Of a stretch of DNA of 43,172 nt, positions 36,573 through 43,172 are shown piece by piece. The notes below the pieces were generated by a model. The model did not search any database. It was not told where the DNA came from and worked only from the letters and a program-made list of their open reading frames with translations. The position numbers and the translations under genes were made by a program. The DNA comes from Sphaeroforma arctica JP610 (Eukaryota): positions 15,568 to 58,739 of the forward strand of contig NW_014040133.1 of assembly GCF_001186125.1 (NCBI RefSeq). Reading direction: 5' to 3'. Each line of letters begins with the position of its first letter. Position 1 is the stretch's first letter.

Positions 36573-37756
36573 CTTCAATGCGATCGAGGGGTCGAGCCTC
36601 CGAGGGCCCTTAGTTTTATAATTAGTAATAGTTTTAAATGAGAAGCTGGATACACACAAACCGAAACGATTGATTAGTCTTACAAGCCGAAAATTGCGTC
36701 CTAATAAACACAAATAACGGTATCATACATTTGGAGTGTCTCACTAGCAGCTACCTCAAGTATAGAAATAGAAAAATATATGGTTGTAGAAAAGCATCAA
36801 TTTGGTATACCTCTGATGACGACAAACAAAGCCCAAAAGTGAAGTGTAATAAACTGATTCGTTCACCTGAGTTGGAGTGCGCGCGTAGTAGCATCCCTGA
36901 TACGTGAAACGAAGATGATTGGTCACTATTTACCTGGATAGTATTGAATTTTTTTTGGCAGTGTAGATACAGCTGATCAATTGATTGTTGCAGACTGTTT
37001 TTCAATATAGGGCATCAACTACCCTCCTCACAAAGCTTTTCCTTATATTTGGTGCATGCATCCGAACACCAGTATTGCACAATTTCAACAGATACATGTT
37101 GCTATTGTAACAACATGATATTGTTGAATAAAACTCAAACAAGAGAACAAAGTCTGCGATCAGGAATCTTGACAATACAAAGGGCACGCACCGCCCGATT
37201 CTCACTGGGATTTATTCCGTTGATGAACGGGAACGTTCCTTAGAATCGTGTATAGCCGCACTAAGTTATTTGACGGTAAGATGTTGGTTTTGTTTTCTAT
37301 GCAGTACTCTGCACTGATCGATCATACAAATAAAAATATCACAAAATCCGCACAACCGTGAAGCAAATTGACATCTCGCGAGCACCATCAAAGAAGCAAA
37401 TTCAGTAGTCACATTTTTTAACCCATCACTTCGCTAATTTCCACTAATTTCTTCTTCCTATTTAACATCTCTTGAACCACGTACAAAGCTATTATAAAGG
37501 AGGACAATTTACGAACGACGACGATGTATATTCACACTTTACAGGTCTTCGTCTATGTAAACTCGTAGAAAAAGTTGTGCCCCCGATGTTTCCCACCAAG
37601 TTTTGGGCACAAGGTTGGAATCAATTGAAATTTCATGCAATAACTTGAAGCTCCATCTACATACCAGTTAGAAAATGTCAGTCTTAAAAAAAAAGTCATC
37701 AAATAGACATATCTGCAGAGTTCAAGATTTTGTAGATGTACCAAGTGAATACATCA

Positions 37757-38064
37757 TATATGTATATGGTCACACATAATATATATATATATATATATAT
37801 ATGGTCACACATAATATATATATATATATTTATATATATATATATATATATATGTCACACATAATATATATATATATATATATNNNNNNNNNNNNNNNNN
37901 NNNGTTTAAATTATTAGGTTATAAGGTGTAAGTNTAATATAAATAGTAANATAATAACATNTAGTGTAATAGATATATATAGTATATAGTAGTTAGTTAG
38001 TTATGTATGTATATATATATACATACACATACATATACACATATACATATTCAAATATGGTATA

Positions 38065-38146
<82 letters not shown>

Positions 38147-38170
38147 ATATATATTGGTGTGTGTGTATAT
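37757..38170. repeat. (TA)n/(TG)n microsatellites around a small gap (about 37884-37903)
   Basis: Directly visible; includes three copies of gtcacacataatata and scattered ambiguous bases. Confidence 0.9.
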
Positions 38171-38427
38171 GTGTGTGCTAGTATTATGTCATAGTCTCAC
38201 GCAGTATATATAAACATAAGATGTACATGTATAAATACACATATGTGTACATTTGCATAAAACTATACACGTATGAGTAAGTACAAACATATTCAAAATA
38301 TACATTTATTTCCCTACTAGTTTTTACCCACACTACTCATGATATCCCTATTATACATGTTCCCCATTATTACCCGCCCACTAAACATCTAACATCCTGA
38401 ACTGAGCTCAACACTGGGTACACGCAC

Positions 38428-41400
38428 CTACTGCTGATCATCATCGAAATGTGTGTCGACATATTGATTCTGCATGTCATACATATACTGGCCCTGCCCG
38501 TGATCTCCGCCAGGCATAGATTCATAACTGGCACTTCCCATCCCAGTCCCTCCCATTCCCATATTCGAATTCCGGCTGAAGTTATGCTGCAGATTGCTGC
38601 TGTTGACATAGGGATTCTGATTCGGATTCGAAATAGGATTAGGGTTCTGATTGGGATGTGAAGTGATCATCTGACTCGCAGGCCGTGCAGCCCGAAAGGT
38701 CGAGCTTTCAGTCGTAAATCTCCTAAAGTCCTGACTTTGCATCGGACTGGCAGTCTGGCCACCTCCTGAATGCGCTCGCGCGCGCTGGTTCGGGCCATTG
38801 GCACCGCTCACAGGCCTGCGCTGCTGTGGCTGGACACTCTGCCGTGTTTGTAGTGGAGATCCGCGAGCAATGGGTCTTTGCAGGTTCTGAGGGTTGTTCT
38901 GCGATGCGGGGTTGCGCGTGCCACCCACCACATTGCCACTGGGGGAACGCCGAATAATATTCGAGCCCTGCTGTGGCTGGTTGCCTCGCATACCCGGCAT
39001 GTTTTGGACGTTGCGTATGTTCGGCTGGACACTAGGACTCGAGTCGCGCCTGACAATGTTGTTCGGCCGATACTCCGTACTGGGGCTATGCATTTGGTGC
39101 ATGCTTCTCATCTGACCTGGCCGCTGCATGCCTCGATGCTTCAACTGGTTGTCCTGTCCCTGTCCCTGGTCCTGGTCCTGCGTGGGTTCATTATCGCCCT
39201 GATCATCCAGGAAATCTGAAATAGATCGCGGGCGCTGCAACTGCTGCGGGTTACCCATCGCACTAGACGTAGGCACAGTGATACTCGTGCCCCGCACAAA
39301 CCCGTTCACCCCCTTGCCTTGCTTTTCCAGCTGTTTCATCTGCCTTGCAGCCAGCTTGTGCTCTTCCTTACGGATGCGTTCTTGGTCTTTCTCCTGCTGT
39401 TTCCGCTCAATAACCAGCTGTTTCTGCATCTTTTTCTCGGCTTTCTTGTCCATTTTTTCCTTGTATCTGTTGGCCACCCGGTCCTCACGGATGGCCTTAT
39501 ACTCCGCCAACAGTAGCAGCTTCTTCTCTTCACTTAGTTGTCTCTGGAACATCTCATACTCTCGCTGAGCCTCCTGCGACCGCTTCTCGTTCCTAATCCG
39601 TTCTTCCCATGCCTCCCTCCCCAGACCTTTCGTAGGCTTGGACGCGAGCTTCTTCTCTTTCACCTTACGCTTCTCCCTGTCCTTAGACATACTGGAATCG
39701 CTCCCACTCATATCATCTCCGCCCACCACACTCCCCTTACTACTGTTAAATATGACGTTGCCTATCCCCCCCATACTCAGCCGGTTGGCCAGTTTCTTAC
39801 TCTTCGACTCGCTCGTACTCGTACCCCCAGTGGCCTGCTCATTGTCACTCTCGGTATACCCCCTCGAAGACCGCTTGCTATCCGGGGTATTGCCCCGCGG
39901 TCGCGCCGTCCTGGTTTTGACCCCTAGTTGCGCAGCCGCCTGCTTCCGGGCGTCCAGTTTGTGCTGCACCTCTACGGCAATCTTGCTAACCTCCGGCTCT
40001 ACATTTAACTTCGAGAAACTCTCCACCGACGCTGAGGGTACTGACGTTGGCGAGTCCGCCCGGAAGTACGAGTCACCTCGGGCAAACCCAAGCTTGGCCA
40101 TGACATCGCCCTGCGGCTGATCACTGGTCACAGGCGCCAGCGACGTGAGTGTGCTGTTATGCGCCAACTGGTTCATTTTGCCGCGCGCGACGGCCATTGG
40201 CGGTGCTAGCTTGTCCTGTTCACGCTCGAGCATGACGTCCTCGTCGTACACACTCCTGCTGAACAGAATGGACTTCACTCGCGGTTCACCGCTGCCTGGT
40301 GTATCTACTGCGGGCGACGAAGTAATTCCGGCGAACTCTGTGTAGTCGGAAGCAGGTCCCAGGGGCTCCATATGTGGTGTGTGGGTAGCCTCAGGTGTGT
40401 TGAAGAGCGAAGACACATCCTCTCCATTCAGATGTACGTCGCCAGTCGAGCTGACACCCTTGAGCATCTTGCCGCTGTGCATCTGCTCGCTGGTAGTCTG
40501 TGTATTCACGGGTTCCAAATGACAGCTCCGTGGCCGTGGGTTGGGCCTAGGCTTCACCTTCGGCTTAGTTGGCACATCACTGGTATTACTGGTATTGATA
40601 CCTCTGGGCTTGACTTCCGGTCGGGGGGTTTCTCGGTTAACCTCATTAGCGCTTTCCCCTCTACTCTGTATCTGAGCTGAGGCTCGGCTCGTGCCTGCGG
40701 CCGGTGTCGGCATAGACCCACTGTGGGGTGACCGTACAGCAACTGCCGGCTTATAGTCAGATTTAGCGCGCAAGCTATTGCCCGACGCCGATCTTACAGT
40801 GCTACCATGGGCATTGTCATTGTGTTGCTGTGCTCGAATTTCGGAAGGGGTCCTATTCACCCGCGATACATTTGCCAGCAGATTGGACTGTAGTGCCTCC
40901 TGATGCTCTGAGTCTGAGCTGTCAATAAACGTCTTGTCTTCGCGTTTTATACGGGCGCCCATGGCCTGCAACGGATTGACAGCCGAGTTGTTCCCTTGCG
41001 AGTGTATATAGAGGGGCGCATCCATCTCGCTATTAATACCTACACCACCATTGTCACTCCGGTGATTATATATGGCCTCTATGTTTGTACTTACATTCTC
41101 ATCTGCTCCGCTGTCAGTATACCTGTCCAAGGTCTCTTCAGCTGTTGCTTTCCGCAACAATTCCCCCGCCGACTTCCGGCCTTTCTTTATTCGTATCACT
41201 GATCCGGGCGTACTGGCGGTGGCGTTCGTGCTACCATTCTCGCCTCTATTTATACATTTCTGGGCCCTTTCTCTCTCTTTCTCGATCTTCTTGCTCTTGT
41301 TGAGGTTGATAGCACTTGCTAAATCATTGTTCATTGTCTCACTAAATGACTCGTTGCTGTTGTTGCCATAGAAATTCAGCGTCGTCTGACTGGGCATCGG

Positions 41401-41430
41401 AGTGATCGCATTATTGCCTACCCCCGACAT
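38428..41430 (-). CDS. Hypothetical 1000-aa protein, largely disordered with a central Lys/Glu/Arg/Gln-rich coiled coil
   Basis: Uninterrupted 3003-bp ATG-initiated ORF, more GC-rich than its flanks. Contains a charged helix (EAWEERIRNEKRSQEAQREYE...KQLEKQ) and a Gln/Asn/Pro-rich C-terminus. No domain recognised. Confidence 0.85.
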   Translation of the reverse strand: MSGVGNNAITPMPSQTTLNFYGNNSNESFSETMNNDLASAINLNKSKKIEKERERAQKCINRGENGSTNATASTPGSVIRIKKGRKSAGELLRKATAEETLDRYTDSGADENVSTNIEAIYNHRSDNGGVGINSEMDAPLYIHSQGNNSAVNPLQAMGARIKREDKTFIDSSDSEHQEALQSNLLANVSRVNRTPSEIRAQQHNDNAHGSTVRSASGNSLRAKSDYKPAVAVRSPHSGSMPTPAAGTSRASAQIQSRGESANEVNRETPRPEVKPRGINTSNTSDVPTKPKVKPRPNPRPRSCHLEPVNTQTTSEQMHSGKMLKGVSSTGDVHLNGEDVSSLFNTPEATHTPHMEPLGPASDYTEFAGITSSPAVDTPGSGEPRVKSILFSRSVYDEDVMLEREQDKLAPPMAVARGKMNQLAHNSTLTSLAPVTSDQPQGDVMAKLGFARGDSYFRADSPTSVPSASVESFSKLNVEPEVSKIAVEVQHKLDARKQAAAQLGVKTRTARPRGNTPDSKRSSRGYTESDNEQATGGTSTSESKSKKLANRLSMGGIGNVIFNSSKGSVVGGDDMSGSDSSMSKDREKRKVKEKKLASKPTKGLGREAWEERIRNEKRSQEAQREYEMFQRQLSEEKKLLLLAEYKAIREDRVANRYKEKMDKKAEKKMQKQLVIERKQQEKDQERIRKEEHKLAARQMKQLEKQGKGVNGFVRGTSITVPTSSAMGNPQQLQRPRSISDFLDDQGDNEPTQDQDQGQGQDNQLKHRGMQRPGQMRSMHQMHSPSTEYRPNNIVRRDSSPSVQPNIRNVQNMPGMRGNQPQQGSNIIRRSPSGNVVGGTRNPASQNNPQNLQRPIARGSPLQTRQSVQPQQRRPVSGANGPNQRARAHSGGGQTASPMQSQDFRRFTTESSTFRAARPASQMITSHPNQNPNPISNPNQNPYVNSSNLQHNFSRNSNMGMGGTGMGSASYESMPGGDHGQGQYMYDMQNQYVDTHFDDDQQ

Positions 41431-41709
41431 AGTTGTATAGCTATAGGTAGTTGTATTTATAGTTGTATGTCACTATATCTCTACCCCAACCTTATGATAA
41501 TCTGTCTAATGGCGTGTTCTGTTGTCCATACGCCACCGAGTATATCCGACTTGTGTGTAGATGGGGATTTTGAGTATGTTTGGATACATAGCCTTTGTGT
41601 CTATGTATAAACGAACACCGTTCTTCATTCAAGTGGGTATATAGCGCTTTGATTATCCGTCGAGGCAATTATTATACGCTATTCAAACCGTGATGTTCAT
41701 CACTCTACT

Positions 41710-41867
41710 TATATTATAGTATAATATACTATACTATAGTATATTATATTATAGTATATATATATATATATATATGAAGAAGTATATGTATATGTGTATA
41801 CGCGTATGGGTGCGTGCGTGCACGCGCGTGTGTGCGTATGTGAGTATGTGTGCGCGCGCGCGGGCGC

Positions 41868-41903
<36 letters not shown>
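41710..41903. repeat. Alternating purine-pyrimidine tract, (TA)n then (TG)/(CG)n
   Basis: Directly visible, e.g. tgtgtgcgcgcgcgcgggcgcgcgtgtgtgtg. Confidence 0.9.
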
Positions 41904-41906
<3 letters not shown>

Positions 41907-43172
41907 TAGCTTCGATCAGAATATACTACGTACAAATATATCAGAATACGTCCTATAGATGCTTTCTGAGCGTTATTCAGCTTGTATGTTGAATTAACAA
42001 ACGTATTTACATGAACAGTCGACAGGCAATATAATTCTGTCGGACAACGAATGACCTGCGCTGTCCGTATAATATCTCTCTCTTCACACTGTATTTTTGA
42101 TTAATGTATGTATGTAAATCCACAAGTAAATAAGTAAATATAGAATACGTCGTATCCGCGAATGTATACTATTTACTTGGTATTTACTATAGCTTATGTA
42201 TATATTTAGTATGCTTCATTGATCATTGTCAGAACAGAAATTCGTAGTGGAAAAGTCAAGGCGGCCGCCGGCCTTGTGACCAGTCCTCCTGTCCAGCTGT
42301 TGGACTTCTTATGGCGCCTCGTAGACTCGCGTAGTCGCGTACGTAAATAGCATAAAACATGAATGTTTTTATGTGTGGCTTTATGACTAGTGTTTTGCTG
42401 TTATATTTCTGATCTTGGCCACGCCTTTAAATCTCACCAATTAAATATTTTTATTTTGGCGACTTCGCTTCATAATATTGGCTATAGCCGCCCCATATTT
42501 AACAATTTATCAATAAGTTGACTCTAAGAGCATTCAAAGGCTAGCTATTTATAGATATTTTAAAATAAACAGTCATGAGCCAAGGTCTCCTAGACTCTCG
42601 CTAGTACTCTGTGTCAGAGAGAAGGGGGAGAGAGAGAAAGTTTTGTTCTTTTTTTTAAACAAAACAAACCAAAACAATAAAAAATAAATAAAAAGCATCA
42701 CATTCCTGATTCCACCGCGTCAGTCCATTGTAAATAAAAATCGCCATGTAGTAGTCATAGCCTTCTAAATTGAAACATAGTAGTATTTATATATAAGACT
42801 ATGACTATTAACGCCACGGTCTGAAGACTCGAGCTCACTATTGATTAAACAGCTTAGAATAATATTACGAGGTTGTAAAGATATACATCGAGATTGATGC
42901 GGCTTTCATGTTTTTCAGTTAGACCACAAATAGAACATATGTCAACTCGATGGTGCTCGCCAATCTAGATACCACATGTTTGATTGCCATGGTATCCATG
43001 CTAACTAACTGTTCTATTCAGCAACTACGCATGATACGAACGGGAGACCTTCCGCCAGCGGTGCAACTACAGTTGCAAGATGAGATGCAGGTGCCTTTCA
43101 GTGACACTCTCAACACCACTTTAGCCGAGGTACTGCAAGCTAATATAATTAGTACATAACTTTATCTATCTA

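Noticed and set aside
38449..41371. Plus-strand ORFs overlapping the 1000-aa gene (and those overlapping the RT and GATA ORFs)
   Set aside because: Antisense shadows of longer, better-supported coding sequences.
42950..43159. 69-aa ORF at the right edge
   Set aside because: Short, with no recognisable motif. It cannot be supported without flanking sequence or expression data.

Overview
Eukaryotic genomic DNA with GT-AG introns, long (TA)n/(TG)n microsatellites and three assembly gaps. Gene content and style suggest a unicellular opisthokont, possibly an ichthyosporean; this is inference, not identification. From left to right: (1) A nested, decayed transposon block. A 5'-truncated LINE-type reverse transcriptase (minus strand) abuts the 3' half of a Ty3/Gypsy-like LTR element, which has a disrupted integrase, a chromodomain-like tail, a PPT and a candidate ~740-bp, strongly self-complementary 3' LTR. 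(2) A two-exon GATA zinc-finger gene (CX2CX18CX2C, the finger only forms across the intron) with an N-terminal eh1-like FSISSIL motif. (3) An orphan BED zinc-finger ORF between direct repeats. (4) A spliced PLP class IV aminotransferase / aminodeoxychorismate lyase-like gene. (5) A complete nine-exon HADHB-type thiolase. (6) An intronless RGS-domain ORF. (7) A 1000-aa low-complexity coiled-coil ORF. I found no rRNA, tRNA or CRISPR array, and I cannot demonstrate a novel multi-gene system. The best leads are the eh1-GATA protein, ApT-free islands upstream of genes, the fold-back LTR, and a candidate 15-nt microexon in the thiolase.
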